A stretch of 63,799 bases of DNA, counting the filler, from Phoronis australis (Eukaryota > Animalia > Phoronida), in the NCBI GenBank assembly GCA_002633005.1. It is 8 parts of 8 records of this genome, joined end to end, with 100 filler letters (N's around TTAATTAATTAA, not from the genome) between each part and the next. Parts side by side here need not be neighbours in the genome. Positions count along the whole stretch, not along the records: positions 1 to 20,413 come from NMRA01000437.1; 7 more parts are not named here. One strand, written 5' to 3'. Positions 1 to 12,012 of the stretch are shown one piece after another. The position numbers were made by a program, and so were the translations under genes. The notes below the pieces were generated by a model. The model had not been told where the DNA came from, ran no database searches, and saw only the letters and a program-made list of their open reading frames with translations. How positions within the stretch are numbered: position 1 is the stretch's first letter; every line of letters begins with the position of its first letter.

Positions 1-479
1 GGCTCTGCAGCCAAAAATGTGTGGGTTGGGAGTGGAAGGACGAGCTAAAAGGACGCAGACGCATGCTAGTGATGGTGGTAACGTTTTTTTTTTTTTTAGT
101 CCCCGATTTTTGTCGGGGAAAGGTTTACATCGACCATTTCAAGGCTGGGTAGCGCGCATATGGTTTGGGCCGTAAAAGTTTCCGCGTTTTTTGTCATTAG
201 TCATTCCAAGCCCTGAATAATACACGGTAGTGCAAAACGGCAAATTCTAAGGAATAATGGTATTGACGGGAAATTTGGGGAAAATTAAAAATGATATTGA
301 CTGGAATAATAACATTGATTACAAATTTGTGTAAAATCTAGTAACGGTAGATGGGGAAATAATAGGAAGTGCAAAATCTAATAATGATGTAGATGGGATT
401 GGAATAATAATGCAAAGAAGCATATTCTGTCTGACTTACCACCGCTATAATTAATTGTTTCCAAGAAACTTTTAAACTG

Positions 480-1471
480 AACATGAGCATAGTTAAATTA
501 TTGCAGTGGTGTATCCACACATGCCATAACTTAGTACAGTGAAGTGGAATAAAGTGTCATTGCTAAAACAAAGACCATTCGTTTATTCAATAACTTTAAG
601 TGGAAGTCTATATAGATGTGTTTCAAACAGTATGCGTTATAATTTTATTCAAAAATGAATGTAACATAGTAGAGATGCCAATGTCGACTAAGAACAAAAA
701 TTATAACAAGGAGTTAAAGATTTCAGCAGCAACGTCAAGTCTTCCACGAAGCCAACAGTCTGAATAAAGACAATTAAGTGTCTTGGTAAAACGAGTCGCA
801 TTTTTATCATACATGTTCCTGACAGTTGAGCCTTTGTTTCTCTCAATCTCATGTCTTGCACAACGTTCATAGTCATTACCGTCGTAATGTCAGTCAGAAT
901 CCGACGTCAAAAAGTCGGTACATCCAAAATTTTACATGGTCAGAAATTGAGATTTCTTGCAGAATTGCCCAACATTCGAGTCCACGACCACAACTACGTT
1001 CACAATCTTGAATATCTAATTAGGTATAATAAACAAACCGATTCACGTGCGCTTTTCCATTTATTTGGACGGGAGAGCAAGTAGAAATGAATTTCAATAG
1101 ATATCGACTGGATTGTCGAACGTTAGCAACTATGTCATTTTCAAGATTGTCACAAGTCCATTCTTCCTGTTCTTAAAAACAATCTATTCTCAAGTTTGGA
1201 GCGAATTGTAAAAATGCTGATGTCCGATGTTGTCGGCAACTTGTTGGTACTTTGTTGATTCTAGGAACCTAGGTTGATTGAAAGGTTCGGCTCCGTTCAT
1301 TAACTGCACGGGTATTTGCGCTTCGTTGACTTGCCGCGTTATCACCACGGTCCGTATCTGTAGCTGGATTATTTGTCGTACCAGCATCTGAATCAATGTC
1401 TGTATCTGGAACATCTCTCGGTTTGTAAAATAATCCTCGAATTCTTTAGGCCTTTGCGCGGCAGACGACAT
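480..1471 (-). pseudogene. Degenerate coding relic of an unidentified protein, homologous to 7138-7800
   Basis: About 520-840 aligns by eye with 7490-7790. A stop- and frameshift-interrupted minus frame reads ...MYDKNATRFTKTLNCLYSDCWLRGRLDVAAEIF...LVDIGISTMLHSFLNK..., matching the other copy. Whether ORF 1190-1471 belongs to the same relic is uncertain. Confidence 0.4.
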
Positions 1472-3240
1472 GATTAAGTTTGTAGAATGCGCATGTCAAT
1501 AATGACGAAAACCGCAGATGACACTGGCTGTGCAAAATCCCGGAATTACTCCCCCGGAAATGCAAACTTTGGGGACAGACACAGTGAAGAGTTGGTACGG
1601 CTTGCCAGTTTTTCAGATCGTACAATCATAAATATTGGATCACCTAAAAAAACCCGTCGAAAGCGTTTTTATTCATATGTATGTTGAGCTGCCGGTAACG
1701 CCGGTCTGTGTCACGGGGCGCGCGGAATATTGAAAAATGCACTTTTTGTGCATTAAATTCATCATTTCTGAAATAACTGATGGCCTATTTCTTTGAGCGA
1801 CTGCCGACCAGCCGTTAATATTAAGAGAAGTCACCATTTCAAGCTTTTTAAATTTTGCCTACACTTTCTTAATTCTGGCCGATCCCGTCGAACCCGTCCA
1901 AAATAACATTCTGGCCATCCAACAGAAGGCTGCTGCGTAAACCGTTGCTTGGGAGTCCGATTATTTTACGCTTTGAAATGTACAGTTGTATATTTTAGAG
2001 AATGAAATCTTTTAATGTGTATGACATGTGACTTCCGTGTGTCAACGCGGAGTCGTATATAGCTCTTCTAAATTACTATATCTGAACCAAGTGTCTCGTG
2101 GTCTAGAGGTTTAGAGCGAATTAAGAGCGAATTAGCGACGTCTTACGACCAAGGTACGATACCCGGTGTCAGTAGTTAAGTTTTGGAGTAACAGATTTGT
2201 AATGAATGAGACAAAAATTGAGAACTTGCTCAATCAAATAATCGTGGAGAGTGGAAAAAGGTTGGAAAATTAATAAACATAGAGACCCGAATAAGTGTCG
2301 TATTGACCGGAAAAGGAATCTGAAAAAAATAATCGTATAGATACGACTATTCGGAACTCGAGAGTAGGCACTAGAACTGTTCATTTGTAATATTTGTTTA
2401 ATCTAAAATTAACATATTTTCATTTTCTATCTTGACATATTCTGAATAAAATGTCATGACCAGTAAGGAATATGTAGATCTAACTTATGAGATGCTGATC
2501 TCTATTTAGTGATTAGTATGATTAGCTTTCCATGCAGCTCTTTAACTCATGTCTTCTTTTCAATTTTAAAGAGAGGGGTTAACTGTATCACATCATGCTT
2601 CACACAGGTATAATTATAAATTTCTTAATCCACGATGGCATTTTTTCGAGATTCAGAAAATATTCCAGCACATATATATTTTTGTCCCTGTTGCATCTGT
2701 TCTTCCTATGGTCTTCAACAATTTCCTCTTTCGTTTCTTAACAACGGTGTAATCTCCTCGAAGCTGAGCAGAAAAAAAGTTGGTCTAATTCTTAAAAAGA
2801 TTGCATGAACAAAAATATGCAAGATGTGACAGTGTAAACAATGCTATAAAATCATTTTATACCAGCCACCGAACACGCTGAAAAACACAACAAGAGCGAC
2901 TGTAGTCAGTGAGGGTGTGACAAAATGCTCAGTAAAGTAGGCGACAGTTTGCTACCGCTTAAAAATGCCCTGTATTGACTTTTTCCATAAAACCTATCAT
3001 AGCAGGTCAGAGCAGACATGACTCGTTGAGTCCAGCACAACAGTAACTTGACTTATATTTCTTTAGGTCTCTTGTTATTTATAGTTTAGAGCACCGTAGG
3101 AATTCTTTTATATGAATAGTTTTGCCTCTTGAATTTTCCAAAACCTTTTCATGGGGCAGTAACAGAAAAACAATATGATCATTTAATAACCATTTTGTTT
3201 CATTTACAGTTGATAATATGGTCCATTTATCTGATTTTAA

Positions 3241-6200
3241 AGGAGAATGCCACCCAAAAAACAACCTATTTTGTATTAATTTAGATCGAGTAGTTCTACT
3301 CGATAACAGCACGTTCGGTTGCGTTACCTGATGGCAGATGGAGGTGTTGAAATTATCCAATGATGTTATTGGTTTCAAATGCAGTCTGTTCAGCATTTCA
3401 CAACACGGGTTACTGGTGTCAGCTTATCGCTTGAATTCATCGTTTAACACCAATACATCACCAAACTTTGATGTAAAACCCTTAGAAATACACCGAGTTC
3501 TTATAAAAACGTGTTGTTTTAATTCGCTGTTGCGGATTTATTGGTATTTGGACACACCGTAGCCCACAAAGTTCGGCAGGCCAATTTACCAAGGTCCGTA
3601 GCAGGAGTTTGGGGTCTGTTCGGAGATGAATTCAAAGTATTCTTCCCTGAAATACAGAAAAGAGAACCTAGATCTGTGCTGTTTAGACTTGTGATATTTT
3701 GAATTCTGAACACAAAACGCTTGTTATCCCGGCCAGTGGCTTGGAACCCGATCAGGCCCGTTGCGGCCGCCGGGACTGGCACGATCATAAACCAGCTTGA
3801 GTAGGAAACTAAACCTCCAATGATGAAAAGACTATAATAGCGAGCCAAAGAAATAATGTGCAGTAATTATTTACGTGAATTAGCCTGTGTTGTTTAGATT
3901 TGTGATTTTTTGAGTTCTAAACACACGAAACGCTCATCCCAGCCAGTGGCTCGCAACCCGATTAGGCCCGTCGCGACTGGACTGACTCGTTATCCCGGGC
4001 AGTGGCTCGGAACCCGATCAGGCCCGTCGTGGCTGCCACGACTGGCACTAACATAAACTGGCACGAACATAAACCAGCTTGAGTTGGAAACTGAACTTCC
4101 AGTTACGAAAAGACTATAATAGTGAGCCAAAGAAATAATGTGCACCTAATTACTTATGTGAATTGGCCATGAAACTGAAAATCTACTTACTTGACAGGGG
4201 CCGCGAAGTCGGGTTCCCCTTCCACAGACCGTCTGGACAAAGGTTGTACATTGACAATGATTTGAATAATGTATTTGTATTTTGAAATAAAGATTCCCCT
4301 AACATGTGACCATAGCTTATAAAATTGAGTAATTGTTTCACAACAGCTTTCTGTCAGCAAACACTGAATTAGCATGCGCTCAAACGGCCTTGGGTGCCTG
4401 GTCAATTACCTTATTGCTGGCATCAAAAGCCAGTAACGCAGTGGTTTATTCATTGCTGGCTTCTCAACATTTCAATGCACTCACGAATACTGCAAAGGCA
4501 TTACAAATTGTATCTAATGAGACAGACTTTGTTTCAGTTTTATATAAGCATTGGTTAGGATGAGAACAATTCATTTTCAAACAGAACGCAGAACACATGG
4601 CAACTCGCCCGGCACCAATCCCGACTTAGTCAAAAGCTCATTCGATGAAGGCTTCATGGGTCGGATCGTTAGGTTTCACAGGCTATCAGTTCGAACAGGA
4701 ATACGCTGATCAAGAAATATAACAGAGGCGCCGTGACCATGCAAAGACAACGGAACGTATGGATAGTTCTTTGGTAAGCCGAAATTTGTCAGAGAAATCA
4801 CTGTCGACGAAATGCCGGCGACAGTCACGGAGATATTTCACAGCCTCTTACTTGCTATGAACAGCACACCTTTCATTCTTCACCAGGGCTCGACATAACG
4901 AGCTGCAGGTCGCAAATGCATTTACGACCTCAAATTTATAAATGCGAGCTGAGATTTTTGTCAGCTCGTATCAAGTCGCAAAATGCGACCTGGAATTTCC
5001 AACGAATGCGAGCTGAGTTTTTACACTTCTCAACAGATACCTGGCAAATACAAAGCAGCTCTTGTTAATCCGACCGTTATTTGGTCGCTGCCAAATCCAA
5101 GTTCAAAACAACACTAACGGGGACAGCCCTCCCATCGGATGACTTGTAAGCAAGTCGCGTGAACATGGGATATGCAGTATCGATCTTCGACGCATATCAT
5201 TGGCTAACACTTTCGGCCACTTTTGTAAATTCCCGGATTCGCCGAAGAAAGTTTCGGGCCACTGCTTAACACGTGATAAAACTTCACAAAACAACGGTGT
5301 TTCTACTAATTCTTAAGCGATCAACTTACCAAACTTTGGTGGACAAAAATGTGTATTTTTCATATAAGATGTCCTTATTACATGTATCAAATATCCACGA
5401 CAATATCCCTGATATCGCACTGCGGCACAGTTAGAGCGCAAGCGGTCCCGGCACACAATCGTGACTTAGACTGAGATGTGCTTCTGCTTTTTAAGACAGC
5501 CAAAGTGAAAATGACAACATTATTAATCGCCAAACGACGGTCACGTCTTTACTTTCAGTTGCCAAGAAATTCTCAAACCCCTTACTTGTTTCTGGGGCTA
5601 CATGCGCAAAATATGATTTGTCTTTCACACGTTCGTTGCCAATGTAAAATGTAGGCCTACTCCAGTGATTCAAGTGCGTGAACTCGCGCGTGCGCGCACC
5701 ACTTCAAAGAACAGCGACAGCCCTAAATGAAGAGTATACCGGCTTGGCTCTGGTTTATTTGAAAATATACTCAGATTCCCAGCGGTTATAAAAGACCCGA
5801 TGCACCGGGACCGACATAACCCCGAGAACTGACGTTTTCCTGCTCCGATGTTTCCCGAGGTCGATGTTCTGTAAATCCTGTATTCTATGCCCGTAGCCAG
5901 TTATTGCAACTAAACTGGCACAAGATGCGAAATTGTGGTTCAAGTTAGCGAACTTTTCATTCTTCTCTTTATCTCTTTTACTTTTTCAAGGGGCATTTTC
6001 TCTCTTTTCACATCGCAAGTTTAGCTACTCGAATGCACAAGTCAGTTAGAGAGCACTGATTCAACTTTCACGTCGGCAACTTGCCTTGCGCTCTAGAGTC
6101 TTTCAATGGCGGTCGTGAAGAACAGTAAGGCCGTACCTGCATGAATGAAGTCAATTTTGAGATCCGAAATTTGTGAGTATTTAACGCTGCAAGTAAGAGC

Positions 6201-6652
6201 AATTTCTCGATGATCTAAAAAATCTATTTTGGCGCGTAAAAATGGCGGGAAAATTTTGCGACCTGGCATTTACGAATGCGAGCTGGATTTTGAAAATGCG
6301 ACCTGGGATTTTGGCTAGGTCGCAAAATGCGACCCGGTGATTTTAATAACATCGAGCCCTGTTCACTACTGCGAGCCACTTCCCAAGCATTTAGGGTTCT
6401 TGAGGAAGTCGAAAAAACGATATACCCGCTTTCTTCGTAGCTTCATAGTTCGGACAAGCGGGAACGATGCACCGCAATATAGCGGCATTCACTCTGCAGA
6501 CGAATCACTGACGTCGCTGCGTCGTTTCTCACCTTCCTCACAGGTTAACGCGACACCTCTCGGCAAGGTGAGGTCGACCGTATAAGAGGCGATGTGGATA
6601 TAGACTGATTAAGACGGTAAAAAAGTCTAATTAAATTGGGTGGCATTCTCCT
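3241..6652 (-). mobile_element. Kolobok-like DNA transposon (non-autonomous, THAP relic), interrupted by a hAT5-like insertion
   Basis: Perfect 17-bp TIRs AGGAGAATGCCACCCAA (3241) / TTGGGTGGCATTCTCCT (ending 6652), flanked by TTAA at 3237-3240 and 6653-6656. With the insertion removed, the minus strand reads RCIVPACPNY...FFRLP...W...VVKNE...CRRHF (THAP C2CH). There is an internal ~210-260-bp tandem duplication at about 3680-4165. Purine termini, TTAA TSD and THAP are Kolobok hallmarks. Confidence 0.8.
4884..6361. mobile_element. Non-autonomous hAT5-like DNA transposon, copy 1
   Basis: Termini CAGGGCTCGA...TCGAGCCCTG with an exact 5-bp TSD TTCAC (4879-4883 / 6362-6366). Subterminal ATGCGACC/ATGCGAGC repeats. 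The matching empty site (single GTGAA) is present in the second Kolobok copy near 49050. No transposase ORF. Confidence 0.85.
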
Positions 6653-7137
6653 TTAATAAGTTGAATTCTAGTAAGAATAACTAGATGACATTGTGATCTA
6701 TAATACATTTGAGATGGCAAAAGACCAATGCATCAAGTTTAAATCTGTAGCAACTTTAATTACTTAATTTTAAAGCTGTCTTTGTGATATTTTATCGTTT
6801 CAAGGTTCTCAGATGTGAGATAAATTTTATCTTAAGCAAGTTAAGAAAGTAAAAATAAGACCTAAGGTTATTTTTATTGGCTGAAAAATTGCAATTTAAT
6901 TTGGTATGATGAATGTACAAATTTGCTGTACGTCTGTCACGCAATTTCTGACTAACGAATAATTCGTGATATTTAAAATTTTGATCAATAGTATTGATTA
7001 ACAAGTTAGAAGAAAATCTGGAGCCCACGGAATATTGAAAAATGTGCTACGAAAATACAATTTTGGCTACCCAAAAGATTCATTGTCTACCCAAAAGAAT
7101 TGTTGCATGAACTCCTGAGTAACAGTGTCTTTGCTGA

Positions 7138-7800
7138 CTAGTTAAACTTGGCAGAATTAACCACTGAGCCCCTAATTATTTTCAATGGGTTATTACAATC
7201 TGTTATCCACAGAACACTAAAGGTGACTTGAAAGGGCTCGCAGTTCTCTCTTAAAGTATCAGGTACTTTAAGTCCTAGTAATATCGTACAATGTGGCTGT
7301 TGTAATTGCCAGGGTCTCCTTTCTAGGGCGCCCTTGCCTGGGTATCTTTGCCAGGTTCTCCTTACCAGGGTGTTCATAATAGTGCTAGGGTGTCCATTTG
7401 GACCCAGGACATAGGCTGCATGAAGGTCTGACCTGTTGCTTGCAGCAGTACTGGTCGTGCCGTCATGTAGTAAGTAGTCTATGGTACCATCTAATAGCAT
7501 AGCACAGTGAAGTGGAAGTAAGGTGTCATTGACAATTTGTTTATTCAATGACTTCATAATGGAAGTATATGCAAAGGTGTTTGAAGCTGTATGTGGAAAC
7601 ATTTTGCTCAAAAAAGATTGCATACTAATGTCAAAGTCGATAAGTTCAAAAAGTCTTAACTAGAAGGAAAGTTTTCAGCAGCAGTGTCCTGTCTTCCCAC
7701 GATGTAAACAGTCTGAGTTACTTAAGTGTCTTGGTAAAGCCAGTTGCATTTTTATTATACATGACCTTGACAGTCAAGCTTTGCCTCCAAATGGGATTAT
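7138..7800 (-). pseudogene. Second degenerate copy of the unidentified coding relic (includes 161-aa ORF 7138-7623)
   Basis: With frameshifts it reads MYNKNATGFTKTL...SDCLHRG...LFELIDFDISMQSFLSKMFPHTASNTFAYTSIMKSLNKQIVNDTLLPLHCAML. Nucleotide similarity to 520-840. Confidence 0.4.
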
Positions 7801-9636
7801 GTTTTCTTCACGTTTGCCTTCCCATTACGAACACATTGGATGATATTCTCTGCCATTTAATGGCCATTGTTATGAATGATACCAATAACCCCCCAGAAGA
7901 ATACCATTTGCATTACAGCTGTGGGCACATTCAATGATCTGCATTGCTCTTGCAAAAAAAGGTGAAAATTCCACTTTGTTATTGTTTGCTGCCAGAACTC
8001 AAAACCTTTGTCTCGGCACCTGCTGGATCTCAGCACTCTAGCGGTAGTCCCCGGAAATTGTTGTTTTCAAGGACATTTTTATTTTATGTTTTTTTATGTA
8101 TTTCAACCTAATAGACATTTTGTTTCGTATCAGAGGTACATTTTTGTTATTCATAAACCGTAAGCTGGCGTTCAACTGAACTTCTCTGCCGGGCAAAATT
8201 CAGAGATTCGATCGGCACAGGGAAGGGCACTGGATTACTGCCAGAACTCAAAGCCTTGGTCGAGCTGTTGTCACTAAAAATAAACTGTTGAATTACTTAT
8301 TTACGAGTACCCTAGTATACACTATGTCTGTAGAGTTAGAGAGAGCTCATTTTGGAGTTGTTCAAACATGATATTTAGATGTATGAAGCTTTAAAAAAGA
8401 ATTGGAGTAATTTTTGTAAATACTCTATTTTTGCAACTACCACACCAGACTTGTTATCTTTTGTAACCATACCACGAGATAGGATCATGCTACCTTCAAA
8501 ATTAAATGAAAGATACCTTTGTGAAATGAAACTACAAAAAAATGCCAAGTTCATAAGAAGGTAGGCCTACTTAAACGTCTTAATGTTGTAAACGGACAAT
8601 TCCATAGGCGGATTTGGGGGAGCAGGGGCCCCAGCCCCCCCCCCTTNNNNNNNNNNNNNNNNNNNNNNNNNNNNNNNNNNNNNNNNNNNNNNNNNNNNNN
8701 NNNNNNNNNNNNNNNNNNNNNNNNNNNNNNNNNNNNNNNNNNNNNNNNNNNNNNNNNNNNNNNNNNNNNNNNNNNNNNNNNNNNNNNNNNNNNNNNNNNN
8801 NNNNNNNNNNNNNNNNNNNNNNNNNNNNNNNNNNNNNNNNNNNNNNNNNNNNNNNNNNNNNNNNNNNNNNNNNNNNNNNNNNNNNNNNNNNNNNNNNNNN
8901 NNNNNNNNNNNNNNNNNNNNNNNNNNNNNNNNNNNNNNNNNNNNNNNNNNNNNNNNNNNNNNNNNNNNNNNNNNNNNNNNNNNNNNNNNNNNNNNNNNNN
9001 NNNNNNNNNNNNNNNNNNNNNNNNNNNNNNNNNNNNNNNNNNNNNNNNNNNNNNNNNNNNNNNNNNNNNNNNNNNNNNNNNNNNNNNNNNNNNNNNNNNN
9101 NNNNNNNNNNNNNNNNNNNNNNNNNNNNNNNNNNNNNNNNNNNNNNNNNNNNNNNNNNNNNNNNNNNNNNNNNNNNNNNNNNNNNNNNNNNNNNNNNNNN
9201 NNNNNNNNNNNNNNNNNNNNNNNNNNNNNNNNNNNNNNNNNNNNNNNNNNNNNNNNNNNNNNNNNNNNNNNNNNNNNNNNNNNNNNNNNNNNNNNNNNNN
9301 NNNNNNNNNNNNNNNNNNNNNNNNNNNNNNNNNNNNNNNNNNNNNNNNNNNNNNNNNNNNNNNNNNNNNNNNNNNNNNNNNNNNNNNNNNNNNNNNNNNN
9401 NNNNNNNNNNNNNNNNNNNNNNNNNNNNNNNNNNNNNNNNNNNNNNNNNNNNNNNNNNNNNNNNNNNNNNNNNNNNNNNNNNNNNNNNNNNNNNNNNNNN
9501 NNNNNNNNNNNNNNNNNNNNNNNNNNNNNNNNNNNNNNNGCGTTTTCAAATAGTGCAAAAACACTCATCGATTCCACCAGGAACGTCGTTTAGCGACAGT
9601 GTATTTGCCTCTGACATCTCGTTCGAATGTCGGGTA

Positions 9637-9683
9637 TCACGTGACTTTTCGCATAGGGGCGGAGCTTGCGATAGGTCAATTGG
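9637..9683 (+). promoter_or_regulatory. Candidate promoter motifs (E-box, GC box, CAATTGG)
   Basis: TCACGTGA (9637-9644), GGGGCGGAGC (about 9657-9666) and CAATTGG are clustered in a CpG-richer patch, followed by donor-like AAG|GTAACT at about 9710. Motif evidence only. Confidence 0.3.
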
Positions 9684-10470
9684 CAAGTAAAATTATATCT
9701 AGTGACAAGGTAACTTGTAAAATCGGTCTTAAACAATTATAAACTCCAAGCCCAGAAATCTTTTCTATTTTGACTTCGTAACAGTTCAGACTTAAGTTTT
9801 CAAAATCTGGAGTTGGTTGTTGTGAAGGAAGGCAGTTTTATAGCCAGTTTAAGAAGTTTCTTTCATAGGCAGCAAATCCATGCATTGTTATTCAGATGTA
9901 ATGTAGGCAACCTAAACTAGACACGCCTCATGATTCAAAACATGTCATGGGTGACACTGAGGTATGTCGGAGCTTCAGTTACAATTGTCTGCAGATTCTA
10001 CAGCAAAATATTGCTTGTCTGTTATTTTCAAAACAGGACAGCTCTAGAAGCGTTCTTGGTTGGGATGTATCAACACAAGCTGGTTATTCGACAGATTGGA
10101 CTACACTCGAATCAAGTTACAATGAACCCAGTATTCCATTCTGCAAGGTCCACTTTCTCCAATGCACTAAATGCTTTCTTTAATGACATGGATACAACAT
10201 TCATATGGTAATAATATGCCAATTTAATTTTCACCAACTTTACAGGGAACCAGATCATGCTTCCTAACGCGAGTGACGCACAGGGACGTGATTCGCTGTA
10301 CGTGGCTGGGCACACGGGTGAACATCCTTACGTATCAAAAATGTGGACCAAATAAAAACCTATCAGTTCATTGTTTAATGTTATGACAGCATGACTCTAC
10401 CTGTATTTTGCTGGAAATGTTACGAGTATGTAACGATATGTGCTTCTGACTTGTTCAAGTTTTTGCTACA

Positions 10471-11468
10471 TAGACCCTATTCACGCGGCGGCCATTAAGA
10501 TCCAAAGCGAGGCTCACTGCGATAAACAAAGCGAAAGTAGACATTGCGTGAGTTAAATAGCCGGTCTTACGAGTCCAACCTGGATATTAAATTTTAATGA
10601 TGTGTCGACAATTAACCACAGAGACGTAGAAAATTACATTAGAGAACAAGTTAAGACGCCAAAGAGTTGTCTGACGAAAGGGTTTAATTTTTTTCAGAAA
10701 ACTAGGTTCGAAACATGAAAAGTAAATATGNGGGGGGAATTTCGCGTGATATTTCAATATGTTTGAGAGGGGAATAGGGCCGATATTGGGCCCCAATTTG
10801 AAGGATTGAGGGCCCAGTCCTTTTTGGAAAGAAAAATTATAATGTTTCAACCCGTAGCAGGGGCGGATCCAGGTTTTTCAGTGAGGGGGGGCAGGGCACA
10901 GGAATAAGCAGCATTTCGGCAGATGCGCGCGCCCAGCCTAAACTCTGGGGATGCAGGGGTTTTGAATTCTTGGGTTTGCGGACCTGTTGACTAAAAAAAA
11001 ACGGTAAACAGGGTTCATTCAGCGCCTATGCGTTGTTTATTCACGCCCCAAGACCCGCTCTGGTTGCGCACGTGTGCTAGTCTGCAATTCGCACTCGAAC
11101 TCAAAAATGGGATCTGATACAATTTTAGGGGCATGCCCCCCCCCTCTACCCCTAAATCCGTAGTCATGAAAACAGCCTGTCTGGCCCATTCTCCGGTCGT
11201 TAACAACTGACCGACATGCGACAAAATATGATCGAAAACATTTATAAATTTTACACGGACATATTTTGCTTAGTCGCGGCAACGACCCAACGCTTCTGAA
11301 TCTTAACGTCTTCAGAGATTGTGAAGCAGACTGTTGCGTGTCCGTATTTTTTCTAGCCGTTCGCGGAACAACACAGTCTGAAGCACAGAACTATGCCGAT
11401 AAGCTAACAGAGCTATCGTAGCAAGCCTCGTTTTGGAATGCGCCTCCTGTCGGCGTGAATAGGGTCTA
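10471..11468. mobile_element. Academ-like non-autonomous DNA transposon
   Basis: 16-bp perfect TIRs TAGACCCTATTCACGC / GCGTGAATAGGGTCTA with a 4-bp TSD TACA (10467-10470 / 11469-11472). TAG...CTA ends with 3-4-bp TSDs fit Academ. A single-N junction at 10731 makes the true length uncertain. Confidence 0.7.
10858..11160. mobile_element. CAGGGGCGGATCC-type MITE nested in the Academ-like element
   Basis: Starts CAGGGGCGGATCCAGG, has G-rich and C-rich subterminal tracts, and ends ...CCCCTAAATCCG. CCGTAG occurs at 10852-10857 and 11158-11163 (6-bp TSD overlapping a truncated right TIR). Confidence 0.55.
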
Positions 11469-11717
11469 TACAGTATGCAGCCCTGGACCATGTTAATTTT
11501 GTATTTTTACCAATGAAAAGGCAACAGTGCTGTTCTGGTACTTTACTAGTGGGTTTTTTATTTTGTCTCAAAAGTGGGTTTGCTTGCTGCTGGTAACCTT
11601 GATTACAAAGAAAATCTTTGATAGGTCCCAGTAACGAAGTTCAACTGTACTGCAGCACTCGCTGGTTGGTTTTTCTGTATTGTAAGAAATTGTTTGGCAG
11701 ATTTTTTGATGGGTTTT

Positions 11718-11879
11718 CAGTGGCGGATTCAGAAGGGGTGCAAGGGGGCCATGGCCCTTCCTAAAATTATCCGAGATTCCATTTGGCAGTTCGGGTGTGC
11801 GAATGTCTGACAGGCAAAATCCTGGCTAATAATCTGCCCTAGCCTTCCCCCCTAACTCAAAATCCTGAATCCACCCCTG
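11718..11879. mobile_element. MITE, CAGTGGCGGATTCAG family, probable 6-bp TSD
   Basis: Imperfect TIRs CAGTGGCGGATTCAG / CTGAATCCACCCCTG, flanks GGTTTT / GCTTTT. A related left end occurs at about 8603, cut by the gap. Confidence 0.6.
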
Positions 11880-12012
11880 GCTTTTATCATGTGCTTGTCT
11901 GGGATACCAAAATTAGTCTGAATTTAATATTACCATGTATGCTATTTAATGATAAAAACCCATTGAAGCATACCGATTTGTGGTGCAGTTTTGGGTGTAT
12001 TTCCATGCTAAA

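Noticed and set aside
2091-2170. tRNA gene or tRNA-derived SINE head (TGGTCTAGAGG ... GGTACGATACC); similar GTTCGATTCC at about 24061
   Set aside because: The first B box is degenerate, no convincing cloverleaf forms at either site, and there is no second copy in the window; at most eroded SINE heads.
7990-8262. 23-bp direct repeat tgccagaactcaaa(a/g)cctt(t/g)gtc about 250 bp apart, as TSD of an insertion
   Set aside because: The intervening sequence has no tail, TIR or second copy to support an element call.
8551-9690. Long ORFs of 336-358 aa
   Set aside because: They are read through the N gap 8647-9539; the same applies to the plus-strand ORFs across 35508-36098.
11513-11596. MKRQQCCSGTLLVGFLFCLKSGFACC as the signal-peptide exon of the Ig gene
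   Set aside because: The available donor (TG|GTAACC) is phase 2, incompatible with the phase-1 Ig exon.
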